Assembly: GCA_035516175.1 (NCBI GenBank) | Contig: DATJAO010000027.1 | Coordinates: forward strand, 32,411 to 96,410 | Direction of reading: 5' to 3' | DNA: 64,000 nucleotides | Source: Nitrospirota bacterium | GTDB taxonomy: Bacteria; Nitrospirota; UBA9217 | Shown: piece after piece, positions 30,348 to 40,426 of the stretch | Position numbering within the stretch: the first letter of the stretch is position 1 | Layout of the letters: each line of letters opens with the position of its first letter | Position numbers and translations under genes: made by a program | The notes under the pieces: model-generated | Seen by the model: the letters and a program-made list of their open reading frames with translations, nothing else | Told to the model about the DNA's origin: nothing | The model's database searches: none

Positions 30348-31136
30348 ATGGGCAAATTAAACGGGAAAGTGGCGATTGTGACAGGCGGCGGCCGGGGTAT
30401 CGGCAGGGCCATTGCGGAGGGATACGTGCAGGAGGGTTGCCGCGTGGTAGTTACAGCAGCCCGCGAGCGGGAGGAGATAGATTCCTTTGTCTCTGTATGG
30501 GGAAGGGACAAGGCCCTTGCGCTTCTGGCTGATGTTACCGATTACCGCGCCTGCGAAAACGTCACAAGCGAAGCGATTACCCACTTTGGCCGCATTGACG
30601 TGCTCGTGAATAACGCCGGTCGGGGCATGAAATATGTTTCCCCTACCTTCATGACCGAGCCGGCCCGCTTCTGGGAAATAGCTCCCGAAACATGGAAGCT
30701 GGTGATAGATACGAATGTGAACGGCCCCTTCTTAATGGCCCGAGCAGTTGTACTGCACCTGATACGCCAAAAAAATGGGGCGATAATCAATGTGACCATG
30801 AACTACGAGACCATGAAGCGTAGAGGGTTCTCGCCCTACGGCCCATCGAAAGCGGCGCTTGAGTCCGAGACGATCATCTGGGCCCAGGACCTGGAAGGCA
30901 CGGGTATCACAGTGAATGAGATACTCCCCGGCGGCGCCACAGAGACCGGCATGATTCCGTCCGACATTCCTGCCGATATTCGCGCACGCCTGCTCAAGCC
31001 AAAGACTATTGTTCCCGTTGCCGTCTATCTTGCATCTGATGACGGGCGGGGAATCACCGGCAGGCGTCTCATCGCAACGGAATGGTCTCCTGAAAAAGCT
31101 GATGGCGTATTGGCCTCGAAGGGCATCGGTGCATAG
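30348..31136 (+). CDS. Short-chain dehydrogenase/reductase
   Basis: TGGGRGIG, NNAG, YGPSK. Confidence 0.93.
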   Translation: MGKLNGKVAIVTGGGRGIGRAIAEGYVQEGCRVVVTAAREREEIDSFVSVWGRDKALALLADVTDYRACENVTSEAITHFGRIDVLVNNAGRGMKYVSPTFMTEPARFWEIAPETWKLVIDTNVNGPFLMARAVVLHLIRQKNGAIINVTMNYETMKRRGFSPYGPSKAALESETIIWAQDLEGTGITVNEILPGGATETGMIPSDIPADIRARLLKPKTIVPVAVYLASDDGRGITGRRLIATEWSPEKADGVLASKGIGA

Positions 31137-31139
31137 TGG

Positions 31140-31488
31140 ACAGCAGGTTCACTTCGCATAAGCATCCTTACCTGATGCACAATCGGTTTGAATACGCCAT
31201 TAAAAAACATCCAATAATGATGAATGCAAATGGCATTGCCATATATGTGACCTTGCACTCTTTTCCCAGAGCCTCATGCTGGCAGCGCGCCACATCGGCG
31301 TTGATTCAGCCCCGGCAGTGATTCTTGTCGCGCATCCTGACCTGATCCGGAAGGAACTGAAAATTCCGGATGACCTTCAGATAATCATCGGGATAGCTCT
31401 TGGATATGCGGATGCCGCACATTTGCAGAACCAGACCCGAAGTCCCCGGCGGTCCATTCAGGAAGCGGTTACGATTAAGGGAATTTGA
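31140..31488 (+). pseudogene. Nitroreductase family pseudogene (C-terminal part recognisable)
   Basis: FSQSLMLAARHIGVDSAPA...IRKELKIPDDLQIIIGIALGYAD...RSPRR matches the nitroreductase C-terminus; upstream part scrambled or out of frame. Confidence 0.7.
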
Positions 31489-31581
31489 CGTATTCGTACA
31501 AGATCCGTCTATAAGCAAAAAGGCTGATATCGCTCTGCACATATATTGCAGTACTTGTTTCACGCGTAGGAGGCTGAACGT

Positions 31582-32649
31582 ATGTCAAAAGTCATGATCC
31601 ATTCCGCCAGTTATGAGAATGTCCGTCAAGCAGTAGACCGGGCATTTGAACTCTTTCCCATCAACATATCTGGGAAGAAAGTCCTGATCAAGCCCAACGT
31701 GCTCCGAAGCTCGGAAACAAGAGAAGGAATCGTCACTAATCCCGCCATTCTTCGCGCCGTTGTTGAAAAAGTTGAGACAATGGGTCCCGCCTCCCTTATT
31801 GTGGGAGACAATCCAGGCCTTTTCAGTTACGGCGCAAATGAGGAGAGCTTTTCCAAAACGGGCCTGATGGAAGCAGCCAAAGGCCACTATAAAAACATCG
31901 GAAATGATTCCCGGAAGGTCGCCTTCAATTCGAAATACATGCCGTTTGTCAGTATCTCGCGGGATGTGTTGGATGCTGATATTGTCATCAGTCTGCCGAA
32001 ATTCAAAACCCATGGTCTGACAGTTCTGACCGGAGCAATCAAGAACAGTTACGGGTTACTACCCGGCGCTCAGAAAGCCATGTTGCACAAGGCTGCCGGC
32101 AATCCGACAAATTTTAATGAAGTGGTAGTCGAGGTATTCAGGATCAGGGTGCCGGATCTGTTCATTGTCGATGCCGTGGTCGGGATGGAGGGCAATGGAC
32201 CGGCCTCACCTGATCTCAGAAATATCGGCGTGATCCTCGCCTCAGACAATGCTGTTGCCGTTGATTCTGTTATTGCAACGATGATGGGATGCGATCCGGG
32301 GCGACTGCGATTCCTTCAGAAGGCAAAAGAGGTGGGCCTAGGCGACTACGATCTCAATACGATCGAAATCATCGGCGAGTTAAAACGGCTGCCTGATTTT
32401 AAACTTCCCCCGCTGGACGGCGAAGCAATCATGCGCAACGAGGTCATGCAGTCATTGATCCATGGGCGGGCGATCCTTCGCCCTCAGGCGGACGCTGAAA
32501 AGTGTACGAGCTGCGGCACCTGTGTCGATCATTGCCCGGTATCGGCTTTATCCATGGCTGGAAATATCCCTCAGGTGAATGCCGGTATCTGCATTGCATG
32601 CTTTTGCTGCCAGGAGATGTGTCCAGAAAAAGCCATTGTGTTGCGTTGA
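31582..32649 (+). CDS. DUF362 domain protein with C-terminal 2x[4Fe-4S] ferredoxin
   Basis: VLIKPN, ISLPKFKTH..T.LTGAIKN, DAVVGMEGNGP, CTSCGTCVDHCP and CIACFCCQEMCP. Confidence 0.92.
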   Translation: MSKVMIHSASYENVRQAVDRAFELFPINISGKKVLIKPNVLRSSETREGIVTNPAILRAVVEKVETMGPASLIVGDNPGLFSYGANEESFSKTGLMEAAKGHYKNIGNDSRKVAFNSKYMPFVSISRDVLDADIVISLPKFKTHGLTVLTGAIKNSYGLLPGAQKAMLHKAAGNPTNFNEVVVEVFRIRVPDLFIVDAVVGMEGNGPASPDLRNIGVILASDNAVAVDSVIATMMGCDPGRLRFLQKAKEVGLGDYDLNTIEIIGELKRLPDFKLPPLDGEAIMRNEVMQSLIHGRAILRPQADAEKCTSCGTCVDHCPVSALSMAGNIPQVNAGICIACFCCQEMCPEKAIVLR

Positions 32650-33206
32650 ATGCGAGATATATGCGGTTATGAAATGTCTTCAAATTCCTGATGTTATCAA
32701 TGTGCGCTGTAAAATCCCGTCCATCAGGGCGGGGAAGATGTCAATAGGATTGCAAACCGCAATGCAGACCGTCACAATTAATGATATCCCTTCACTGCCC
32801 TTGTTATTGTTCTGACGTGAATATATTCCACTGAAATAAATTAGATTCTCTTGCATGTCACCTCAATGCCTTTGCCAAGCGCTTCAATATGTTTGCCCTC
32901 CGCCACTGAAGCCGTTCACATTATCTTAAATTATTAGGACCGACCCTTGGATGTTCCTGAAGCATGCCCTTTCGGCTTTGCTTTATTCAGTCGTTGTGAG
33001 TGAAGGGCAACTCCGATAGAAGGGCTTTGCCAGTCAATGAAAGCGAAATTTTTGGTACACTGCATCATTTCATCCAGTAGGGGAGAGAGCATCGCGGTAT
33101 TGCTGGTATCCATATGTCCCATAAATATATATAACTATCAGATAATAAATGATATTTATAGCAGAAATAGAAAAATTATAGTGAATAAACAGATATTAAT
33201 TAATAC

Positions 33207-33235
33207 TTGCAACTATGTTGATTATTAGATATAAT
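33207..33235 (+). promoter_or_regulatory. sigma70-like promoter of the marR-dsrE2-tusA operon
   Basis: TTGCAA-17 nt-TATAAT, 33 nt upstream of ATG 33268. Confidence 0.55.
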
Positions 33236-33267
33236 TGCTATTAGAAACAGTTGCTATTGTAAACTAT

Positions 33268-33747
33268 ATGTCGACAATATCTACTACCAATATCGATCTG
33301 TCAAAACGTGTGCCTGTCCTCTTAAAAAAACTGACACATTGTTTTTCAACGACCCAGGCCGACATCTGTCGGCGGTTCGATATTACCGCCGCAGAGGCGT
33401 CCTTGCTTTCGTCCATGGAACCGGGACGGAAGCTCTGCTCCACCGCCTTGATGGAACGGCAGGATCTTTCCAAGGGATGGATCAGCCGCCTTAATGAGTC
33501 ATTGTGCAAAAAAGGATATATCATCAAGAACGAGCACCACGACGACCGGCGGCACAACATCATCGAGCTAACGGAGCGGGGACAGGAGGTCCGGCAGGCG
33601 ATTATCGAGGAGCAGGCAGCCGTATGCCGCCGGGTTCTGGAGCACATCCCGGAGAACGAACGCGCGATGGTCCTCCCGGCCCTCGAACAGCTGGTCCTAG
33701 CCTTGGAACAATACAAGCACGAGGTCGGGAATGCCGACAGCGACTAA
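33268..33747 (+). CDS. MarR family transcriptional regulator
   Basis: LSKGWISRLNESLCKKGYI, DDRRHNIIELTERG winged helix. Confidence 0.88.
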   Translation: MSTISTTNIDLSKRVPVLLKKLTHCFSTTQADICRRFDITAAEASLLSSMEPGRKLCSTALMERQDLSKGWISRLNESLCKKGYIIKNEHHDDRRHNIIELTERGQEVRQAIIEEQAAVCRRVLEHIPENERAMVLPALEQLVLALEQYKHEVGNADSD

Positions 33748-33771
33748 CCAATTTCAAGCACAAAGGAGGGT

Positions 33772-34317
33772 ATGATCATGGGTACGGGACAGGATGTTAT
33801 GGAACAGCCAAAACAAGCAGAGACGAGGTTACCCGCAGTGGAGAACAAGATTTCGATGGTCGTATTTTCAGGAGATCTCGACAAGCTCCTGGCGTCACTG
33901 ATCATCGCCACCGGAGCGGTTGCAATGGGCATGAAGGCCCGCCTCTTTTTCACCTTCTGGGGCACGGCGGCCTTGCGCGATGCCCGGAAGAGCGTGAAAG
34001 GGAAGAACCTAATGTCCAGGATGTTCGGCTTCATGCTGCCGAACGGGGCGCGAAAGGTAAAGCTCTCCAAGATGAACATGGGAGGTATGGGGACCGCCAT
34101 GATGAAGATGCTCATGAAGAAGAAAAAGGTGGCGTCTCTGGAAGAAATGCTGACTCTGGCCGGCCAGATGGGCGTCGAGATCTGCATTTGTGAGATGTCC
34201 ATGGGCCTCATGGGATTCAAGCGGGAGGAGATGATCGACTATCCTCACATGAGCGTATGCGGTGTCGCGGCTTTCCTGGCAGAAGCGGCTACGAGTAGGG
34301 TACAGCTGTTCATTTAA
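33772..34317 (+). CDS. DsrE2/DsrE-like sulfur carrier (DrsE_2 family)
   Basis: SMVVFSGDLDK, LFFTFWG, KLSKMNMGGMG, ICEMSMGLMG with conserved Cys. Confidence 0.88.
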   Translation: MIMGTGQDVMEQPKQAETRLPAVENKISMVVFSGDLDKLLASLIIATGAVAMGMKARLFFTFWGTAALRDARKSVKGKNLMSRMFGFMLPNGARKVKLSKMNMGGMGTAMMKMLMKKKKVASLEEMLTLAGQMGVEICICEMSMGLMGFKREEMIDYPHMSVCGVAAFLAEAATSRVQLFI

Positions 34318-34330
34318 TGGGAGGTGCGTT

Positions 34331-34573
34331 ATGCCGGTCGAACTAAAAGCAGACAAAGTCGTTGATCTGAAGGGATTGCCCTGTCCCATGCCTGTGGTCC
34401 GCATCAGTCAGGAGATCATGACCGTTGATGTAGGTCAGGTGGTCGAGGCCATCACCACCGATCCCGGGTCACTGGCGGACTTTCCCGCTTGGGCCATGAG
34501 CACCGGCCAGGAGATCCTGCAGACCGACCAGGCTGCAGGAGAGATCAGGTTCTATGTGAAACGGGTGAGATAG
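34331..34573 (+). CDS. tusA: TusA/SirA family sulfurtransferase
   Basis: DLKGLPCPMP, TTDPGSLADFPAW; SD GGAGG upstream. Confidence 0.92.
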   Translation: MPVELKADKVVDLKGLPCPMPVVRISQEIMTVDVGQVVEAITTDPGSLADFPAWAMSTGQEILQTDQAAGEIRFYVKRVR

Positions 34574-34582
34574 GACGGATTC

Positions 34583-35356
34583 ATGCGATTTCCTACGAGA
34601 GGAGTGCTGGCCGTGCTCGACAAGATCTACTATGTCATCATGGTGCCCATGGTCTACGCGGCGGTATCTATCTTCGTCATAGGCGTCATCTCTCGAAGCA
34701 TCAGGATCGTTCTGGCGCCGCGTCAGAAAACGACCCTTCAAATCTTTCCGGTGAAACGGCCGGTGTGGTTCCACGCCCTCGTTGACACCTTTCTCCTGCC
34801 GACCGTGAGGACCATACGGCCTGTGATGTGGATCTTCGCCCTGATCTTCCATGGCGCCCTTGTCCTGCTTGTCATAGGACACCTTGAGCTCATCCGTGAG
34901 ATCCGGGCCCTGCAGGCGATCCCGCACCAAGTGTTCCTCGGAGGCGGTCTCGTGGGACTGGCCCTCACGGTGTCCCTGCTATTCTTTCTTTTCAGCCGGT
35001 TTAAGACCCCCTACCGCGAGATCTCCGTCCCCGAGGACTATTTTATCCTGCTGCTCCTGATGCTCACGGTCCTGTCCGGTTCCCACATGGATTGGGCGAA
35101 GTATCTCTCGCCTGCGGGGTTCGACATTCCGGTGTCGGGCTACCGGGAATACCTGTCCAGTCTGTTTACGCTCCACCCCGGCGTGCCTGCCGTCATCGCA
35201 GGATCGCCGCACTATGTGCTCGTTGCCCTGCACATCCTCTTTGCCAATATCTTCCTCCTGTTCTTTCCGTTCAGCAAGATCATGCACACTTTTTTTGCCC
35301 TTCCCCTCAATCTGATCCGACGAGGAGGTCTCCGTGGAGCAAACACTGCACCATGA
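34583..35356 (+). CDS. NarI/DsrM-like diheme cytochrome b membrane subunit
   Basis: Multi-TM; IFHGALVLLVIGH, SHMDW, LHILFANIFLLFFPFSKIMH with candidate heme-ligand His residues. Confidence 0.82.
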   Translation: MRFPTRGVLAVLDKIYYVIMVPMVYAAVSIFVIGVISRSIRIVLAPRQKTTLQIFPVKRPVWFHALVDTFLLPTVRTIRPVMWIFALIFHGALVLLVIGHLELIREIRALQAIPHQVFLGGGLVGLALTVSLLFFLFSRFKTPYREISVPEDYFILLLLMLTVLSGSHMDWAKYLSPAGFDIPVSGYREYLSSLFTLHPGVPAVIAGSPHYVLVALHILFANIFLLFFPFSKIMHTFFALPLNLIRRGGLRGANTAP

Positions 35357-36581
35357 GTTGCTAACGCGATTTGATTCCAAGCTCAACAACGTCATGCGCA
35401 TGTATCTCGACACTTGCGCCCGCTGCGGTGTGTGCATCCAGTCCTGTCACGTCTACGCGTCGATGCCCGAGCTGAAGTATACGGCCGTGTACCGCGCCGA
35501 GGTCATCCGCAAGCTCTTTAAGCGCTATTTCAAGGCTCAGGGAAGGTTCTGGCCGTCTCTTGGAGACAGCGCGAACTTGACCGACGACATGGTGGACACG
35601 ATCTATCAGACGGCTTACAGCTGCACGGGCTGCCGCCGCTGCATGGTCCATTGCCCTTTCGGCATTGACACACAGATGATCATGTCCATTGCCAAACTCC
35701 TGCTCATCAGCGCCGGCCGTGAGCCCAAGGTACTGAGCATGCTGGCGGACATGTCGATTGCCAAGGGCAAGTCGACCACCGAGACGCGCGCCAACTTCGC
35801 CAAGGCCGTCGACCAGCTGCGGGACGAGGTGCTTGCCCAGTGGCGCCAGGCCCACGGAGAGAAGGTTGTACCCCTCGAAGCGCAGGACGCTAACATACTC
35901 TATGTGGCGCTTGCGGGCAAGCACTCCATCGTGCCGGCAGCAGCCATCATGAACGCAGCAGGCGAGGAATGGTCCCTAAGCTACTACGAGGCGGTGAACT
36001 TCGGTGCCTTCGTGGGTAACGCTGAAAAGACCCGCGTAATCGCACTGCGGATCATCGACGAGGCGGTACGTCTGCGGGTGAAGGAAGTGTCCATCTGCGA
36101 GTGCGGGACCGCCTACCGGGTCATGCGTCATATGATGGGTGCGCTGCCGTTCAAGGTGACCAGTTTCATCGAGGTTATTGCCCGGTATCTGCGTGAGGCG
36201 CGGATCAGGCTGGCAAGGGGAAGAATCGCCGGCCGCGTTACATACCACGATCCCTGTCAGCTCGGCCGGAACGGCGGTGTCATCGAGGATCCGCGCTTCA
36301 TCCTCTCATACCTGACCGATGATTTCATCGAGCTTCAGCCCAATCGCGCAGAGAACTGGTGCTGCGGCGGCGGCGGTGGGCTCGTTGCGATCGGAGAAAA
36401 GGATTTCCGCATGAGATCTGCGCGGGTTAAGGCGGAGCAGATCAAGGCAGTATCGCCGGACATCGTATGCACTGCGTGCGAGAACTGTCATACTCAGCTT
36501 TCGGACCTTGTCGGCCACTACAAGATCAACGCCGGCGTCCGTTTCCTGACCGACATGGTAGCGGAATCGCTTCAAGAATAG
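35334..36581 (+). CDS. DsrK/HdrD/TmcB-like (Fe-S)-binding CCG-domain oxidoreductase
   Basis: CARCGVCIQSC and CTGCRRCMVHCP, YHDPCQLGR, WCCGGGGG, CTACENC; overlaps the upstream gene. Confidence 0.88.
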   Translation: MEQTLHHELLTRFDSKLNNVMRMYLDTCARCGVCIQSCHVYASMPELKYTAVYRAEVIRKLFKRYFKAQGRFWPSLGDSANLTDDMVDTIYQTAYSCTGCRRCMVHCPFGIDTQMIMSIAKLLLISAGREPKVLSMLADMSIAKGKSTTETRANFAKAVDQLRDEVLAQWRQAHGEKVVPLEAQDANILYVALAGKHSIVPAAAIMNAAGEEWSLSYYEAVNFGAFVGNAEKTRVIALRIIDEAVRLRVKEVSICECGTAYRVMRHMMGALPFKVTSFIEVIARYLREARIRLARGRIAGRVTYHDPCQLGRNGGVIEDPRFILSYLTDDFIELQPNRAENWCCGGGGGLVAIGEKDFRMRSARVKAEQIKAVSPDIVCTACENCHTQLSDLVGHYKINAGVRFLTDMVAESLQE

Positions 36582-36949
36582 CCTGCTGCTCTGATTTATC
36601 GGAGAGAAGACGATTTAACATCCATTCCAAGGACTAAGTATCTCCTCGCGTTCCTCGCTCTCTCGCGATTCAAGACTACTGATTCACAGCGAGAGTAAAT
36701 AATATCAATTTAATTTAAATAATAACTATAATAATCACTGGTACGTCTTGCTCAATAGTCTCGTCTCGAAGCCCGAATATGTCATAAACGATTATCTTAT
36801 CTAGGCTTAAAACGGCTAATAGGGTTTGACATTGTGTCTTGTCTTTGCCGATGAAGATATGTTAAAATATAAGACTAAGAAAAGGACAGAGAAACATTGT
36901 CTAGCATTGCCACTCTGTTTTTGCACATGTTTTCAGAAAAAGGGACAAA

Positions 36950-37621
36950 ATGCTGATGAAAAGATTTCGCGATGCGTTCCCGAGCCTCCTTGTCCTGGCG
37001 GGTGCCGCTATGCTGATGGCCGCGGGGAGCACGCCTGTCACGCTTTCGCCATACGCTGAGTCCGTAGCGAAAATCATAAAGTTCGACCGTCAGGTGCTTA
37101 TTCTAGTGAAGGAAGAGACCGGGGAAAGCATCCACCGGCTTATCGGCTATGACGAAAAAGGCTATCAGGTCGTCGCTGATGGCATTTCCGTGCCGGTCCC
37201 CGAGGAGAAGACCGACAGCATTCTTGAATCGTTACGGAAAAAACTCACCCGCCTCAAGTATATGGCCTTTGTCGTTGATATAAACGGCGGGATCAAGACA
37301 GACAAGATTGGCGTCATCAAAGGGACCGACCAGTACGACATCCTCAGGGTCATGAATACGAACGGCGACGACTATGATATTTCCAGCCAGGATGTGATTG
37401 AGAGGTTGAAGGAGTGGGAAAAGACCTCTCCCTTCGACATCATTGGTGCGGACAATGACTGGGTGGAAATAGAGTTCAAGACGCTGCCGAAGGACCTCAA
37501 GTCCTTTGCCGAGGAAGTGTATGATTTCAGCCCCGATACGGTTGACCAGGGGCCGGGAAGTACGTCAGAACTGGCGAATGAGATCCAGCAGACCAAAAGA
37601 CTGTTCTTATGGTGGGATTAA
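36950..37621 (+). CDS. DUF4253 domain secreted protein
   Basis: N-terminal signal-like helix; FAEEVYDFSPDTVDQG...LFLWWD terminus. Confidence 0.8.
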   Translation: MLMKRFRDAFPSLLVLAGAAMLMAAGSTPVTLSPYAESVAKIIKFDRQVLILVKEETGESIHRLIGYDEKGYQVVADGISVPVPEEKTDSILESLRKKLTRLKYMAFVVDINGGIKTDKIGVIKGTDQYDILRVMNTNGDDYDISSQDVIERLKEWEKTSPFDIIGADNDWVEIEFKTLPKDLKSFAEEVYDFSPDTVDQGPGSTSELANEIQQTKRLFLWWD

Positions 37622-37687
37622 CAGCCGGAACAATTACAAGAGGGAGAGATACAGCTGGGTGCGGCCTTATATGGAGCCCTAGTGACA

Positions 37688-37720
37688 TAAAAAAAGCAGG
37701 TGGTTTGAAAACCACCTGCT
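37688..37720 (-). terminator. Rho-independent terminator of the Lys-rich small gene
   Basis: AGCAGGTGGTT/AACCACCTGCT inverted repeat with an A-run on + (U-tract on -). Confidence 0.75.
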
Positions 37721-37790
37721 TAACCGCGATCTTGTTTCTGACAAGATAACTTTTCCCGCCTCTGTATAATGAATTGGCGGTATGGGTGAA

Positions 37791-38030
37791 CTACTTGCCT
37801 GCCGGGGCTGCTGGGGCCATCGGGGCGGCTTCTTCCTTCTTAGGAGCCTTCTTAGCTTCCTTCTTGGCCTTCTTCTTTTCCTTCTTGGCCTTCTTCTTTT
37901 CCTTGTGCGTAGCCGGAGCCTTCTCCTCAGCCTTCTTCTCTGGTGCTGGTGCCGGAGTCTCCTGTGCGAATGCAACGCCGAGGGTCAGGGCGAATGCCAT
38001 TGCCGTGAACAATGCGATAAGCTTTTTCAT
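37791..38030 (-). CDS. Small secreted Lys/Ala/Glu-rich protein (acid-shock Asr-like composition)
   Basis: Signal peptide MKKLIALFTAMAFALTLGVAFA-Q, then KEKKKAKKEKKKAKKEAKK; SD GGAGGTG; upstream TTGACA-17-TAGATT; own terminator. Confidence 0.8.
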   Translation of the reverse strand: MKKLIALFTAMAFALTLGVAFAQETPAPAPEKKAEEKAPATHKEKKKAKKEKKKAKKEAKKAPKKEEAAPMAPAAPAGK

Positions 38031-38250
38031 TAGGTTTCACCTCCTTCCATTTTTAAGTTGCGACATAATCTAACAAATTTAACATGCCCTGTCAAGCTTA
38101 AAGATATTAAACTATCATATCATGCAGGCTTAAGATATCTAAGCAGCCTTTCTTGACATAAGTCGGTTAAAGAGATTTTACTATTTAGACACTTGATTTT
38201 TGCAAAAGTTTAATGCAAGCAGAAAAGTCGTGAAATCCGGAGGCTGAACC

Positions 38251-38677
38251 ATGGATATGGCAAATTTTATCGAGCAGATACCACAATTGCCTGCAGTTAA
38301 GGTCCGCGATGTCCTGAATCAAAAAAGTATTGGATAATATAACCTGGTTGATGTGCGCCGGCCTGCAGAGTATGAGAAGGGGCACCTGCCGGGATCACGG
38401 CTGATTCCCTTGGCAGAACTAGCGTCCCGGCTGGGGGAGCTCGATCCCAGGAAACCAATGATCTGCCAACGGAACGCATCCATCATTGAACCGTGAAGCC
38501 CCCACTACAGCCGCAGCAGCGATTTAGTGGCGGGTAGTTCATTCGAATGCGTACGATCTCTACATCAAGATGGAACGATTGGTGAGGAACGATCGTTCGA
38601 AACGGGAATTCAGCCTGCTGGCTGAAGAGGAAAAGCACCTTCTCGTCAGAATGACGTCGCTTAACAAAAAAGCCTGA
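38251..38677 (+). pseudogene. Rhodanese / ferritin-like (rubrerythrin-type) fusion pseudogene
   Basis: MDMANF...G*YNLVDVRRPAEYEKGHLPGSRLIPLAELASRLGELDPRKP (TAA at 38335; truncated before the catalytic loop), then NAYDLYIKM...FSLLAEEEKHL ferritin-like helix. Confidence 0.72.
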
Positions 38678-38849
38678 CGAGGTTTCTCTTGACAACCATA
38701 CCTGAATTGGATAGATTGCCCTTGTAAGCGACGGTCCGGGTCCGATGCGCGGAGCTTGGGACTTGCAGAAGGTACTTTCGCCACGTATCCGTTCTTTCCA
38801 TCAAGGACGGTTTTTTTATTCTTAAAACAAGCATGAGGAGGGATGTGAC

Positions 38850-39248
38850 GTGAAAAAAAGATTGTTCGTGATGGTGGTTGGTCTTGTCTCCATGGGAATG
38901 CTTTTTGGTTGTTCAAAAGGATACGAATCACAGAAGACGGCCGATGATCTCAAGATCACGCTTTCGGTCGACCGCTATCCGCTGGCAAAGGGCGATAACG
39001 CGTTGAGTTTGAAAGTGGTCGATGCGGCCGGAAAAGCGGTGACCGATGCTGCGGTGAATATCCGCTACTTCATGCCGCAGATGCCTGGCATGGCACCCAT
39101 GGACTTTAACACACAGGCTGTCCAAAAGGGCGACCGGTACACATTTTCTGCCAATGTGCCCATGGAAGGCGGATGGAAGGCCGAAGTATCCGTGGTGCGC
39201 CAGAGTAAACCCGCCTCCACAGCTACGTTCAATCTTGATGCCCGTTGA
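38850..39248 (+). CDS. FixH/YtkA-like lipoprotein
   Basis: Lipobox LFGC; GDNALSLKVVDAAGKAVTDA, MPQMPGMAPM, PMEGGW. Confidence 0.8.
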   Translation: MKKRLFVMVVGLVSMGMLFGCSKGYESQKTADDLKITLSVDRYPLAKGDNALSLKVVDAAGKAVTDAAVNIRYFMPQMPGMAPMDFNTQAVQKGDRYTFSANVPMEGGWKAEVSVVRQSKPASTATFNLDAR

Positions 39249-39316
39249 TGAGAGGCAGTCGTCAGGAGTCAGATGAGCACCTTCTGGATTCATCGTTAAT
39301 GTCCTGACTTTCAGGT

Positions 39317-40426
39317 ATGATTAAATCATCGCTCAGGCGTATGAAGGGCTGGCGGGTGTATGTGCTCGCGGGCATGCTCACGCTGATCACGCTAATCCAT
39401 TACCTGGCCGGCGGGGTGCGGGCGGGCATGCTCCACGGCATCCTCGGTCACCTCTACATCGTACCGATCATTCTCGGCGCCTATTGGTACGGAATCAAGG
39501 GGGGCGTGACCGTTTCCATAGCCTCGACCGCCCTCTTTTCCCCCCATCTGCTTCTGCACTGGAAGGACCCGTTCCTGGATGTTTATAATTTCGTTGAGCT
39601 GTTCCTCTTCCTCCTCATTGGCGGCGTTACGGGTGTTCTTAGCCAGATGGAACGCAATCAGCGCCTACGCTACGAAAATGCCCTGGTCAGGCTGGATGAG
39701 TCTCACCGGAAATTGAAGGAACAGACGGACATCCTGTTCCAGACCGAGGAGCAGCTGAGAAGGGCGGACCGTCTTTCCGCGCTCGGCGAACTGTCCGCGG
39801 GCATGGCGCATGAGATACGAAACCCCCTCGGCTCCATCAAGGGCGCGGTGGAGATCCTAAAGGACGATTACCGGCCCGATGAGGCCAAGTACGAGTTCAT
39901 CCAGATCCTCCAGAAAGAGACGGACCGTCTGAATCAAATCGTACAGGAATTCCTGGGGTTCGCCCGGCCCAAGCAGCCCGAGTTCCAATATGTTGATTTG
40001 AACGAGGCAATCGAGTCCGTGCTTACCCTCACGGCGCAGGAAGCAAAGAAGGCAGGGGTGCAAGTTGTAAAGAAGCTCGACTCGTCCATCGGCAGACGCA
40101 GCCTCGATGCGGGATTGCTCAAGCAGGCGTTCCTGAACCTGATCCTGAACGCGATCCAGGCCATGCCGGGCGGCGGCGTGCTGACCGTCGAGAGCGGCCT
40201 CAGGGAAGGCGCTGTAGTGGTGAAGATCGCGGACACCGGCGTCGGCATCTCCGACGAGAACCGGAAAAAGCTTTTTAGCCCCTTTTTCACCACCAAGAAG
40301 TACGGCACGGGGCTTGGCCTCGCCATCACGTACCGTATCGTCCAGAACCACCGCGGTACGGTCGATGTGAAGAGCGAGCCGGGCAAGGGTGCCGTTTTTT
40401 CGGTAAAGATCCCTATCCAAGATTGA
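39317..40426 (+). CDS. Membrane sensor histidine kinase (His-rich TM sensor)
   Basis: Four TM segments; AGMAHEIRNPL, NLILNAIQAM, PFFTTK..GTGLGL. Confidence 0.92.
   Translation: MIKSSLRRMKGWRVYVLAGMLTLITLIHYLAGGVRAGMLHGILGHLYIVPIILGAYWYGIKGGVTVSIASTALFSPHLLLHWKDPFLDVYNFVELFLFLLIGGVTGVLSQMERNQRLRYENALVRLDESHRKLKEQTDILFQTEEQLRRADRLSALGELSAGMAHEIRNPLGSIKGAVEILKDDYRPDEAKYEFIQILQKETDRLNQIVQEFLGFARPKQPEFQYVDLNEAIESVLTLTAQEAKKAGVQVVKKLDSSIGRRSLDAGLLKQAFLNLILNAIQAMPGGGVLTVESGLREGAVVVKIADTGVGISDENRKKLFSPFFTTKKYGTGLGLAITYRIVQNHRGTVDVKSEPGKGAVFSVKIPIQD

Noticed and set aside
31536-31556. sigma54-like motif CTGCACATATATTGCA upstream of DUF362
   Set aside because: Lacks the conserved GG at -25/-24 (TG instead).
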